Below are positions 51,301 to 62,192 of a stretch of DNA of 64,000 nucleotides, piece by piece (positions within the stretch are counted from its first letter, which is position 1; each line of letters starts with the position of its first letter). The position numbers were made by a program, and so were the translations under genes. The notes beneath the pieces are model-generated. The model saw only the letters and a list, made by a program, of their open reading frames with translations, was not told where the DNA came from and searched no databases. Source of the stretch: Octopus vulgaris (lineage: Eukaryota); assembly GCA_951406725.2 (NCBI GenBank), contig OX597821.1, positions 101,184,001 to 101,248,000 on the forward strand, written 5' to 3'.

Positions 51301-54300
51301 AAAGACATATTTATTTGCTCTTAATATCATTCTAGCCTAAGCCAAATCATGTATGAAACCTTTTTCAATTATTATTTGCCATCAGATCACTAAAATTAAA
51401 GCAATGAAACCAATACTCCAACAATTAACTAGTGTTGAATCAAATTATGTTTAGACTATACAGTCAGATAATATATTATTAGCCCAAGAATGATCGCATA
51501 TTATGTTTAAGTGAACAACAAGAATTAATAAATGAGAACAAAGGATCCGGATTTGAAACTTAATAATTTCTTGAGTAATTGACTTTTAAATGTCTTTGAG
51601 AAACAAAAATTAATATAAATAGCAATAATAATAATAAAATAAGCAATCAGGTGTTCAAGGCAGTAAATACTGCTGGATTTACAAATGTATTAAAATGTAC
51701 AGGCAGTAGGTACTGCAATAGTTATCTAGTTTTTATTTCTTCTTTTTTGTTTTATTTGAGTAAAATAGAAAAAAAAACACACACACAAGGCTTAAAGCAT
51801 AATATAGTTACTGCAATGTCATTGTGAATGAACATTTTGAGACTAGAGACCAACCTGCCTAGAAATTGCTCTACCAAAACTATTTTATTGTCCTAAATTC
51901 ACAATTTGACACCTAAATCTTTAAAATATTGATTTTCATCCACATGTTCATCATCACCATAATATTGACAAAATATTCAAAATGTTATTTGTATTAAATG
52001 TAAGAAATCATTTTGTTTCTAATATTGGCCTATTCATAATGTATCTGGAAATATGTGATTAAATTTGGAAACCTTTAAATGTATATCTAATTGATTCTCT
52101 GGTTCTCATATCAAAGCAATTTTGATATAGCTAAGTAGAGCTGAAGTGTTTTGTAAACCTTTCCTCTTTAAAGCTTGATAGTGGCAGTGTTAAAAATAGC
52201 TTACTTGCAATATGTGCACTGTAAGAAAAATCCCAGCAATTATTTTGGTATATTTTATCTAATGATGTTATCCATATTATTGGTTTATTCTTTTTTGTAT
52301 GCTTAAGGATTTTCTACACCTTGATCTGCATCTTAATTTACGTTTCACTTGTGTGTTTATAACAATAGATATACTTCTGAGATCAAAGAAAAGGTCAAAT
52401 GTGACTCCATAATAGATTACAGAAAGAACTGAAGAGACATGTTATACAAACAAGCATCATGTTTGCTTCTCACTGTTCAAGTGATGTTTGTGATAAAAGG
52501 ATTCTCTGAGTATTATCATTGGTTAAGTCTTGATTACAATGTGTTAAGAAGTTCTTATGCGCATTCCTTGTGTAATTCAATGGATATAGTATATAACACA
52601 AACAGGAAAGTTGTAATATAAATATTACAACTTTTAAAATCCTGTTAATCTAAAATGTTTCAGCTTCTTAAAGGATTCATTTTTGAGCATATTAATAAAA
52701 TATCTTTAAGAAACATCATCTCTTAATGCTTTTTGTTTGGCAATATAGCAGCTGAGATAATTCTCATCATCATCCACATCACAACCATCACCACTGCTGC
52801 TTCTGCCACCACCATATATTAAACATAAATGCTCTTAGCAGAAATTTGTTGCCTGAGAAAACAAAGATTTTTTACTAGTTCTATATGGTATCCTCAACTG
52901 AGATAAAGCTAATTAAAGATCTATGTATGTTTGCATGTTCATTAGTTTGCTTTTGTTCTTTTAAAGAAATTTGTTGTAAATTTGTTTCTTATTAGCTACA
53001 GATAAGTCAACATGTAAGAAATGTTGAAACTTTGTGTTGCCTATGATAACAGCAATTCATTCACTCCAGTTTCTCAAAGAACCTACATCAACAATTTTGT
53101 GTTGTCCTTGTTTTAATGTCATGACGACTACTGCTAAGATATATTTGTGATAAATCCCAATAACTTTCTGTTTTCTCAAGCATGTTTAAGAGACTGTTTT
53201 CACATTAAGGACCTTTTGTTTTGTTAGGGACAAACTCTTAAACAGGTTTTGAGGAATATGAACTTGCAAAAGAGACAGCCACAGTACTGCATCTACTTAT
53301 TCATTGTAATTGTATATGATTTTATTAAAACCAAAATGAACTTTACAAACCGTTACTCAGTGCTTCACATGAGCGTTCATCAAACAGCAGTGATTACTCT
53401 CCTTCAGTATTTGAGTACTATTTTCTCTACCTTGTGTAACACCTATGTACTTATTTGTGTGTGTGTGTTTAAAACAACTTCAATGAAGTCATTTGACCTG
53501 ATAGATATAGTAGTCAAATGACCCTCATATCACACTCTACAGTCTTAAAAATGGAAAGACATTAGCTGCTATAATTCCTATAGAAAAAGATAGGATACTA
53601 AAAGTAGGAAAGCCTACTTAGATCATAGCTTTTACTCAATCAGGGCTGACTTATAACTAAATCTTGACAAGAACTTAATCCTGAAAGAACTTAGCCCTAA
53701 TAAGATGTAAAGTGACAATGGCATACCACCAAACTACTTCTAAGCTTTCACTGAAATGTGATATTGGAGTTCTCAATGAATAACTTGTCTTGCTCAAACT
53801 TACATTAGTTCCCAGTTTAATACACTACCTTTAAAATATTGTTTAACTTGGCTGCTCCATTAAGATACCTTACAAGTAACCTAATTATTTTGTGGTGTTA
53901 ATCAAGATATTCCTAATCAAGTTAGCAAGATTATTAATTATATGCAAGATAAAATTAGATTTACCAAGAGGATTAAAGTTTCAGTGGTCATAATTATTTT
54001 TGTATCAGATATGAAATCTAAACACTGTTCTGTAATATATCAAAATGGAATATATATTTTCTTTTCATTTGTGGATCTGATCAATTAGAGTTTTCTAGCT
54101 CACATGGCCATGATTATTTTCATATAATATTGTCATTAACAGAAAATGGTTTCAATCAATAAGCAATCAGAACTAAATTGGTGTCATAATTAGTAGAAAA
54201 TATGAAACTTGTTTTCTCAAACTCTTTTTCTTCAAAGAGGTTCAAATTTCATGGTTAGCTCAAAACATAGGACTGCTACAAACATTAAACATCATCTGAA

Positions 54301-57300
54301 ATATTCATCAATTGAAAAATGAAGTTATACAATTACAATATGATAATATTACAGTATTTTTTTCTTTTTGTTATATCCCTTTTGTGTGGTTATATTATAT
54401 TTGCGTGTGTGTGTGTGTGTGTAGTAAAATGTACAATTATTGATAAAAAATTAAATATGTTAAATAGAATATGATAATATTAGCATAATATTTTGTAATA
54501 TTTGAGTTAAATGTATTGGTTACACATCAGTGAGTGCATCCCTAGCTGTTATGTGTGTGTGTGTGTATAGATGTTGATATATAGTAATTATGCCTCATAT
54601 CCATTAAATTATAAAGGTTCTGAGTTAATTCTAAATAATTGTAAAATTGTAAAAAAGTTCTAATACAAGCGATTACACATGAGAACATTTGAAGATCAGC
54701 ATTCTGTAATATTACATTTTTATGTTTAGCTATTAGTCATTGCACTTTTAACAGCAGCACATCAATGAAACATGAGGTAATTAAAGCAAATCATCATTGA
54801 AAATAATTAAATGGAGGACTAAACAAAATTTGTTAGGTGATTACATTGACTACATGTTCTCTATCTAAAACAAAGCTTAGAACAAGAATAATCTTTTAGT
54901 AAATAGTCATTTAAATATTTTAAAATTTGATCACTGCTTACAGCTCTATGGGTGTAGTAAGCATTAAAATGATTATTTCTAAATCAGATTAAGACATGAC
55001 AGGAATATATCTGAATGCTTCCAGTGTATTTCATTTTAATTCTTAACACTAAGGAAGAGTGATGTGTGGTTGAGAAGCTTTGCTTTCCAACCATATGGTC
55101 TTGGTTCAGTTCCACTGCATGGTACCTTGGACAAGTGTCTTCTACCGTAGCCTCAGGCCAACCGAAGCCTTGCGAGTGGATTCAGTAGATAGAAACTGAA
55201 AGAAGCTTGTCGTGAATGTGTGTATTTGTGTGTACTCTTGTCGTGACATCATGTGATGATTGTAAACAAACATACCATCATACAAGCAACATTGTTTGTA
55301 TCCAATCTTCCATGAAAAACATGTCTGACCATGAGGAAATATTACCTTGCTTAGAAACAGGTGAGGTTGGCAACATGAAGAGCATCCAGCTATAGAAAAT
55401 CTGCCTAAACAAATTCCATCTGACCTATGCAAGCATGGAAAAGAGGATGTTAAATGATGATGACAATGGTGATAATTGAGGAAGAATGTATTCTTTTGTT
55501 TTCAAATGCAAATAAGCACTTTCTGAAAGTGCTTATTTGTATTTGAAAAAAGTGTTATGTGGTTCTTAAATTTGGTTATCTTGTAAGCACTTTTCTTGCT
55601 CAATTGTTGATAAGGTATTTGTGTTTTTAGCTTGATAATTTGACACTATTTTTCAACTGATCTGATCTACGTTTTTTATCATAATTAACATCTATCACTT
55701 TTTTTCATATTCAAACATTTTATAATTATTTTCTTTATATTGTTAAAAACTATATTAATAATGTCACTTTCTAAAAATGGATATTTTAAGTTTCCCTCTT
55801 TAAAACCATTATTTACTGGTATGCTTAAGGTATTTGTAATGTTATGGGTATTTAGAATATCAGTAACACATTTTCAGTTTAATAGAAATTAGCATTTAAG
55901 TCAGCTGACATATTTTCTCTGATTGAGATCAATTAGTTCAAATAGATTATCTGTTTGGTTACTTAAACTTTTACAGATTAACAATGATCCTAATTATCTT
56001 GAATTGAAAATGTTGTTACACTTACAAAAGACTGATATAAACTGGAAGCACTAGGTCAACCATGACAGCTTACAGAAATAATTGTAAACTGTTATAAAAC
56101 CAGACAACATTGAGGTTGAAATTATGGGCCACAGATTGGAATGACATGGAGAGCTTTTATAAGGAACTCAAAGAAGTTTGGGGACCACAGAAGAAGTGTC
56201 ATGTTGTCTTGAATTGGTTAATAAAAGAGAAATGGCTCCCAGACACTAGGAGTGTATTGAGATGAGCAAAAGCTGGGTTCACCATGTAACAAAGATCCTG
56301 TAGCCAAATCCAACAGTGCTGTCAGAGTACCTGGTGGTGATGGAATCTGAAAACATGATTGATTTAGCCATATCAACTGTCAATACAAGCTAACCATAAA
56401 TGCATAGCAAGAAGACTGAAGACCATAAGAATGATATTGTCCACAATTTTTGAAGAAAGGAAACAGAACCAACTGCAGAAATTATATAGGAGTCTCACTT
56501 CTATCAATAGCAAGTAGAAGAGATCCTTCACAACAGCCTTATTATCCATGTAATCCAAGAAATAATACCAGTATGGTTTCCCAGAAAACTGTAGGAGAGT
56601 AGATTTAGTCTTCAGTCTCCAACAGCTCTAGGAGATATAGTTTTCAGTCTCCAACTGCTCTAGGACAAACTGGTCCCTGTATGTGGAATTTGTTGATACA
56701 ACAAAGCATTTTATATTATTGGTAGGTCTGCTCTCTGGTAGCCACTTTGGAAATAGGTTTCTTTTGAGTAATTCACATTCATAATGAAAGCTTTGCACAC
56801 TGGAATGATGACCAGAGTCAGCATACAGAAGACTTAAGATACATTTGCTGTAACAAATTGTATTAAACTGAAATATGTATTGGTTCCTAGACTCTCAACC
56901 TATCTGACAGTAATGCTGGAGGATGCCTCATCAATCTTGAAGATGCAGTTAATATACAGTACCACTAAAGTGCAGACTTTTTCAATGTTGCCCATTTTAG
57001 AGAAAAAAAAGCAACCCCAATCCTTGTAAGAGAACTACTGTATGCAGATGACAGTGCACTACTCATGCATATGCTACAGCACATAGAGATCGTGGATGCA
57101 TTCTCCACTGCATAAAAAAACCTACAAAAAACAGAAGTGCTATTCCAGTCAACACACAACAGAAGTATGAGATGATGGCATTAATCTTTAAAAGTGTACA
57201 AGACTTTTTGTATTTTGGCGGTACATTACTGAAAGACAGTCATATCAATATTGAGCTACAAAAGAAGATAGTAAAGACATTTGGTCTAATGTATCTATGG

Positions 57301-59852
57301 TTATGGAACAATCATCATATTTTTATTGAAATCAAATGCAAGGGCTGCAGACAATCTTCCTGTTTGCTCTTTTGTATGGTACCAAAACTTGGACATTGTA
57401 CAAGAGTCAGGTGAAGGAACTTTGTCTTCATCATGAAGCATTTGTGTTCAGTCATGAAAGTCTCTTAGAGTGACATGTTTACCAACAGTCAGATGCTAGA
57501 ACAGATACTAGAAAGAACAGAATTGCTGAGTATGGATGATTCCCAGCTGGAATATACAACATTGGCAGGGTATGTTACCCAAATATTATCTGAAAACTGA
57601 CCAAGCAAGTTTCATACTCACAACTACCTGAAAGTTAAAGAAAACATGATCGGTCTCACCTATACTATTAGAATAGCATAGAATACTATATAGCAATCTT
57701 TTAATGCTATAGACATCTATATCCTAACAAAAGTATAGAGGGTGGCTATTAGATAACTATGTGGATAGATATGGACACTACTGATAGATAGCATGCCTAT
57801 ATGATTATATAAATGCATATATATGGTTTATATATATATATATACCTTGTGTGTGTGTGTGACTTAAGAAACCTCAGCTTGTAATAAAATATAAACATTC
57901 TACTTTACACTCTAAATATTTTTCCTTCATTTGTAAACAAACATTTTTCAGTCTTCACACAGTCACACACACACGTGTGTGTGCACACACTCATAGACAC
58001 TCATACACACATGCATGCACACACACTGAAGTTGCTTGACATTGCAAGATGTAAACCTAAGATGTGAGTGTTATGATTATTAAGTGTTCAGAAAATGGGT
58101 TGTTATTAATATTATTAATCAAAATGGATTTTATTATAATCATTTAAGTTAGAGGTTTTTCAGTGTAACTTAAATGACACTTTCTGATAGTCTTACCTAA
58201 AAATATTCCAATGTACTTTGTTAAATGACAAAGCACAGTTGATGAAGAATATATTTATAATTTAATACCTATTATTAGTTTAATTATGGAAACTGAGGCT
58301 TCTTAAATTTAGGAGACTTTTTTTTTTTCATTCTGAAATACTTGATAGAAAATTACTTACAAATTTTGAGAAAATGCCAAGTAACCTAACTTTATAAAAC
58401 TTTTCAAATTACATATCATTTAAAGTGTTTATTACAGTAACAATGTGTTGTTATAATTGTTAGTGCCAAAATTATTATTATTATTTATTATTATTATTAC
58501 TATAAGGTAGCAAGCTAGCAGAAAAATTAGCATACTGGGCAAAATGCTTAACGGCATTTCATCCATTTTTACATTCTGTGTTCAAATTCCGCTGAGGTCG
58601 ACTTTATCTTTCATCCTTTTGAGGTCGATAAAATAAGTACCAGTTGTACACTGGGATTGATGTAATCAGCTAGCCCCCTCCCACCAAATTTCAGGCTTGT
58701 GCCTATCATAGCAAGAATTGTTGTTTTTGTTGTTATTATTATTATAGTAACAGTGATTATATATATATATATATGTATGTGTGTGTATATATATAGATAG
58801 ATAGATATAGATATATATATGTATGTATGTATATATGATATAACATTAAGTTCTAAAAATTGTAAATAGTACACCCTAAAATAAAATAGCCTGTTGAGAT
58901 GTATGGATAAGGGAGAGGTCATATAATTTCAAATATTCATTTGAATTTTTGTTTAATAACAAAGATAATTTAATTTTATAAAAAAAAATAGGTCTTGTTT
59001 AATTATGTAGTTCCAAACAAACGAACTGATATTGGGTTATATCACAAAAATGTAAACATAATATCAGTATTTGGATGTTATCAAAATACTATATATATAT
59101 ATATATAATACACACACACACAGATAGATAGATAGATTTATAAATCTATTCTGATACACTTTTGTTTTTGATTAGAACTATTCCTTCCATAGAATTATTT
59201 CACCTTAATGCTGTAGTGTCAGGTTTCTTTGTTTTACCTCATTGTAAATTTGTTTCTCTGAGATATGTTGACATTTGAATGGAATATAATACTGAATAAT
59301 AATAGACATGTGCATAATTTTTATTTTATTTTTTATTTTATTTTGTGAGTTAACAGTAATGAAAGAGAGAGTGGAAGGGAGGTAGCATAAAGGAGTGAAT
59401 ATGATTTGAATAATGTTAGAAGTAATAAGTCTCTCACTTACCAAAGGGTTTAACAAAAACTGTACAATAAATCCAATTACTAGAGGCACAGGATACTTTA
59501 ACTGATGTTTAAGACTAGCCACATCAGTCATGGCTCCAAGTCCAAAGGTAATAATAATGCCAACAGCAGCAATAGAATAATCAAAGACAACATCAGATAC
59601 TCGTGACTTCCTGATGACAGATGCCAGGTGAGGAACATTTTTCTGGGAACCAACAGAAATAGCTTGTACCTGAGATGAGTGGAGCCCAGACGTACTGAAG
59701 ATAGTGGTAGTTGTCATTCTGTCCATGGAAGCTGCTGCTGCAGCAGCTGGTGATAGCACCCCTGCACCACCACTACCTACCTCTAAAAGTAACTCCACAG
59801 AGGTGAGGTTAATGCTCTCTGCCCGAGGGACATAAGTTGCTGTCATGTCCAT
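29649..59852 (-). CDS. SLC10-family (bile acid:sodium symporter / ASBT-NTCP-like) membrane protein, 429 aa; join of 59442-59852, 39436-39607, 29649-30355
   Basis: Exons of 411+172+707 = 1290 nt give one open frame with GT-AG introns of phase 0 and phase 1. Family motifs occur in order: TFGLG, KYPVPLVIGFIVQFLLNPL, CVPGGG...GEMNLSISM...LGTAPLW, LLPVTGWVLG, LETSSFN. Family is clear; orthology to a specific SLC10A member cannot be set by eye. Confidence 0.93.
31195..31586 (-). mobile_element. SINE family C, full length, in intron 2
   Basis: Minus-strand tRNA-like head gtggaggcacaatgactcagtggttagg...ggtttcgattccc (A/B boxes), GC-rich body; related fragment at 8330-8450. Confidence 0.85.
35578..35797. 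mobile_element. piggyBac-like MITE family 1 (220 bp)
   Basis: TTAA target duplication (35574-35577, 35798-35801); ~13-bp TIRs CCCTTTCGTTACT / GGTAACGAATGGG; colinear with 49153-49373. Confidence 0.92.
38718..38900 (-). mobile_element. RTE-tailed retroposon 3' fragment
   Basis: Reverse complement of the shared tail (catttaatgtccattttccatgctgacatg) plus a degenerate ggttggcattaggaagggcatcc block. Confidence 0.7.
39436..39607 (-). CDS. SLC10-like coding exon 2 (IAFGIAMSLPVDDSIRFGLLSTTCVPGGGLGLSITSVTEGEMNLSISMNVISMVAML+G)
   Basis: Not in the ORF track. Acceptor tttttctttcag at 39608, donor G|GTAAGT at 39435, 172 nt open in phase 0. Carries the SLC10 PGG / GDMNLS signature. Confidence 0.93.
39670..40400 (-). 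mobile_element. Decayed RTE/RTE-X-like LINE immediately upstream of exon 2
   Basis: Minus-strand remnants IHKGLVLKPFLFIVVL (GVHQGSVLSPLLF-like), NDLVIAAE (ADDLV-like), RGIKVNLAK, MLWMCNIGVH, GRPR and a (GAT)-like tail near 39670-39710. Confidence 0.65.
44245..44755 (+). mobile_element. Cluster of three head-to-tail SINE family B copies or fragments
   Basis: Cores at ~44330 (gaggttgattatactttcatc) and ~44465 (gaggttgattttgcctttcatcc), plus a degraded third copy from ~44585, separated by (ATT)n. Confidence 0.8.
44860..45062 (+). mobile_element. RTE-tailed retroposon 3' part
   Basis: gtggttggcattaggaagggcatcc...acccatgccagtatggaacatggatgttaaatga(TGA)n, homologous to 4035-4193. Confidence 0.85.
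47440..48190 (+). mobile_element. Decayed RTE (BovB-like) LINE ORF2 fragment
   Basis: LFNIARIKIKT; ELDVVHKFLHFGSTVTDNLALEAEITKCIGKA from 47664; ASALLYNGE; PKHLFYGEL; RCKDACKHDM. All resemble RTE ORF2 motifs; disrupted. Confidence 0.82.
49153..49373. mobile_element. piggyBac-like MITE family 1 (221 bp)
   Basis: TTAA at 49149-49152 and 49374-49377; TIRs CCCATTTGTTACC / GGTAACGAAAAGG; colinear with 35578-35797. Confidence 0.92.
50501..50600 (-). mobile_element. RTE-tailed retroposon 3' fragment
   Basis: (TCA)n...ttttccatgctggcatgggtt...gctgcaccgggctcca is the reverse complement of 4100-4193. Confidence 0.78.
55053..55470 (+). mobile_element. Chimeric SINE: family A head and body with an RTE-type (GAT)n tail
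   Basis: 55053-55215 matches the A head; the 3' half differs and ends gcatccagctatagaaa...atgcaagcatggaaaagaggatgttaaatgatgatg. Second copy at ~63510-63840. Confidence 0.85.
55499..55549. repeat. Near-perfect palindrome, 25-bp arms, 1-nt centre
   Basis: ttttcaaatgcaaataagcactttc-t-gaaagtgcttatttgtatttgaaaa; one mismatch (55508/55540). Confidence 0.95.
55990..57670 (+). mobile_element. Decayed RTE (BovB-like) LINE reverse transcriptase
   Basis: VRELLYADDSALL at 57026-57064 (YADD catalytic motif), plus YVEFVD, KTEVLFQ, DFLYFGGTL, LWNNHHI, LLYGTKTWTLY; multiple stops and frameshifts. Confidence 0.88.
58504..58745 (+). mobile_element. SINE family B, full length
   Basis: Head, B-box gtgttcaaattcc, core gaggtcgactttatctttcatcc...gtcgataaaataagtaccag and tail; flanked by (TTA)n. 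Confidence 0.9.
59442..59852 (-). CDS. SLC10-like coding exon 1 (MDMTATYVPRAES...IVQFLLNPL, 137 codons)
   Basis: First in-frame ATG at 59852 (aagcATGG, strong Kozak) with an in-frame TAG upstream at 59873-59871. The ORF track starts at a TTG. Donor TTG|GTAAGT at 59441. The ORF-track tail beyond NPL is intron read-through. Confidence 0.9.
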
Positions 59853-59881
59853 GCTTGACAAACCACGTTGCTAGTGCCCAT
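59843..59881 (-). promoter_or_regulatory. Overlapping upstream ORF (MGTSNVVCQAWT*) across the SLC10 start codon
   Basis: ATG at 59881, 12 codons, out of frame with the main ORF. Its TGA (59845-59843) overlaps the second in-frame ATG (59846-59844). Requires this segment to be in the mRNA. Confidence 0.55.
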
Positions 59882-59997
59882 ACGGCTGTAGTTCTATCCT
59901 GTCCTCTTGCTTCTCTAAACTTACCCCCCACTGCCTGCAACTCTTATAACTACTGCTGCTATCCAGCTACTAACTACTGCTGCTGCTGCTGATCCCT

Positions 59998-60052
59998 CTA
60001 GTGATAGCAGTGGGAGATAGAGAGAGTAAGTGAGTGAGAAAGAGAGAGAGAT
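59998..60052 (-). promoter_or_regulatory. Pyrimidine tract + TAG: candidate 5'UTR splice acceptor (or CT/GAGA promoter element)
   Basis: Minus strand reads ctctctctctttctcactcacttactctctctatctcccactgctatcacTAG|agggatc, 145 nt upstream of the ATG. Confidence 0.4.
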
Positions 60053-62192
60053 ATGGTCTAGCTTAGCAGACCAAACATAGTGCAAGTCAGGGACACATTA
60101 ATGGCCTTGGATGCTGCAACAGTCAATGCTGATGATCCATGTGACAGGCACTACTAAATTGTAGCAGCATTCTCATTTACTAGGATTGTACTCGTGGTAT
60201 ATGTTTATTGCGATGCTATTGAAAACAAAACCATTTCTAACTTCCGCTATATGCTTCTATACAGTTCTCTTATATATGTAATACAGGTGTGGTTATAGAC
60301 ATTAATTTTTTTTGGTACGTTTGTTAATAGTCAGTTTGGTGATAATGTTTATGCTAAAAATTTCAGTGCTTGTTCATGCTTGTAGCTCTCATTAACATAT
60401 TTTTATAACGCATCCTCTCATTGAATAGCAACTTAAAAGCTCATATTCCCTTTCATCCCATAGCTGAAGAATCAACCCTTGTTAAATATCTTGCCTTCTA
60501 CACCCTATTATTACTAATACCAAACAGCTCTGGTAGCCTTTCATTTACTTCCGCATTTCTTCTTTTCTTTCGTCTATCTGCCAGCCCTATCCTATCATCT
60601 GCTACTGAAAATGTTGCAGCTACACAACATTAAAAAATAGCAAATGTAATCCAGTATAAAATGCACACGTGTTGTAACATCTCCCTCTTAATACTTTTAT
60701 ACATCCTCATTCTTCACTGATTTTCATTATGCTGTTAGCATCTTTTCTGTTAAGCTGATAAAATAAATAATTAATATCTAACTGGGCTTTCCTATTATGG
60801 CTGTTATTATTTAATTATTTCTGTATAATTTCAACTTTAAAAAATAATATACACACACTTTTAATTTAATCTTAGTTTATAACAGAAATAACCCATGTAA
60901 GTAGTTCTCTAAAGTTTTAATATCTAAAACTAAAGTTTTAATTAACAAAAAAAATAATAACATTCTTTATAACAACATTTAAAGTTATCTATTTCTACCC
61001 AGTTAATATCGAAAGATATGTATGTTTGTATTCTACATCCTTGATAACTTAATATAAAATAATATAATTGTATACTATCTTATTACAGTAAAACAGAATT
61101 TACTTATTTAGTTAGTACTCAGATAACTTTATCCACAACCACAATGTTACAATTAGTTTTGCTAATATGTAAACAATGTAAATTTTACAATGTATAAGAT
61201 AACTTTGTTGATTCCAGAATTAGAAATGATCTAATTAGATAATAATCACCAATTCTGAAATTAAGCAAGTTATTTTACAATTTGATTAATTAAAATTATT
61301 TAAAATCTTAGTAAAATTAGTAGTTGCTAGTCTAAAGAACTTCTGTTTTTTTTCCATGGGGAACAAAAAAATTAAATTGTTGGTTATTTATAACCCTCTT
61401 TTTTTATTCATGATTCTAAAACTAATAAAAAAAAACATATCACTGGTTATATTTATTTAAAATATCTTAACCTTCAATACAAATTATTTAAGTTTTTTTT
61501 GTGTGTCTGTAAATGCACTGAGGGTTACCTCCATTTGCAGAGCACTTAGAGCTGAAAGGTTTCTACTTGAGAATTCCTGTACCACCCACTCAACATGTAA
61601 GTAGCATACTTTATAAACCTAGGTAATCAGACCTGGTAAATAGATCTTACTATAAAGCCTCCTTACTGTTCCTTCATTTTAAAAAAAAATTCCCCTACAT
61701 CATTTCTTAATCAGATTCATTTGGTAATAGTGGTCCTGCTTATATAAAGAATATGCTGAGCTTACATTTCCAGCTGGTAAACCTGAAAAATACTCACAAA
61801 CAGTGAACAGAAATAATTTTTTTTTATACTCCCACTGAAAGAAAAACAGGAAACGTAACATGTCTGAAACTAATAGTGTAGAAATGTATGACTAAATCTG
61901 TTGTTGGAAATATATATATAGTTCCCCATAGTTACTAAAGAAACCTCTTTTATTCATAGAAATCAATAAATATAAAATAAACAGTACTATAGCAACTAAC
62001 TATTCAAAAATGTCAGTTTAGCCTAATGTATTGGACATTAGCAGCCTGGGAAGCTGGTTGAAAGTTTGACTGACCAAGTCTAACTGTTGATAATTTGAAA
62101 GTAGCTTGTTTGGAATTTAAGTTTGGTATTCTTAATAAAAGGAATTTATTTGAAAATAAATCAATCTTACATTTGTATTCTCATATATATAT

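Noticed and set aside
59205-59441. C-terminal 78 aa of the 218-aa ORF
   Set aside because: Lies beyond a consensus donor; family similarity continues in exon 2 instead.
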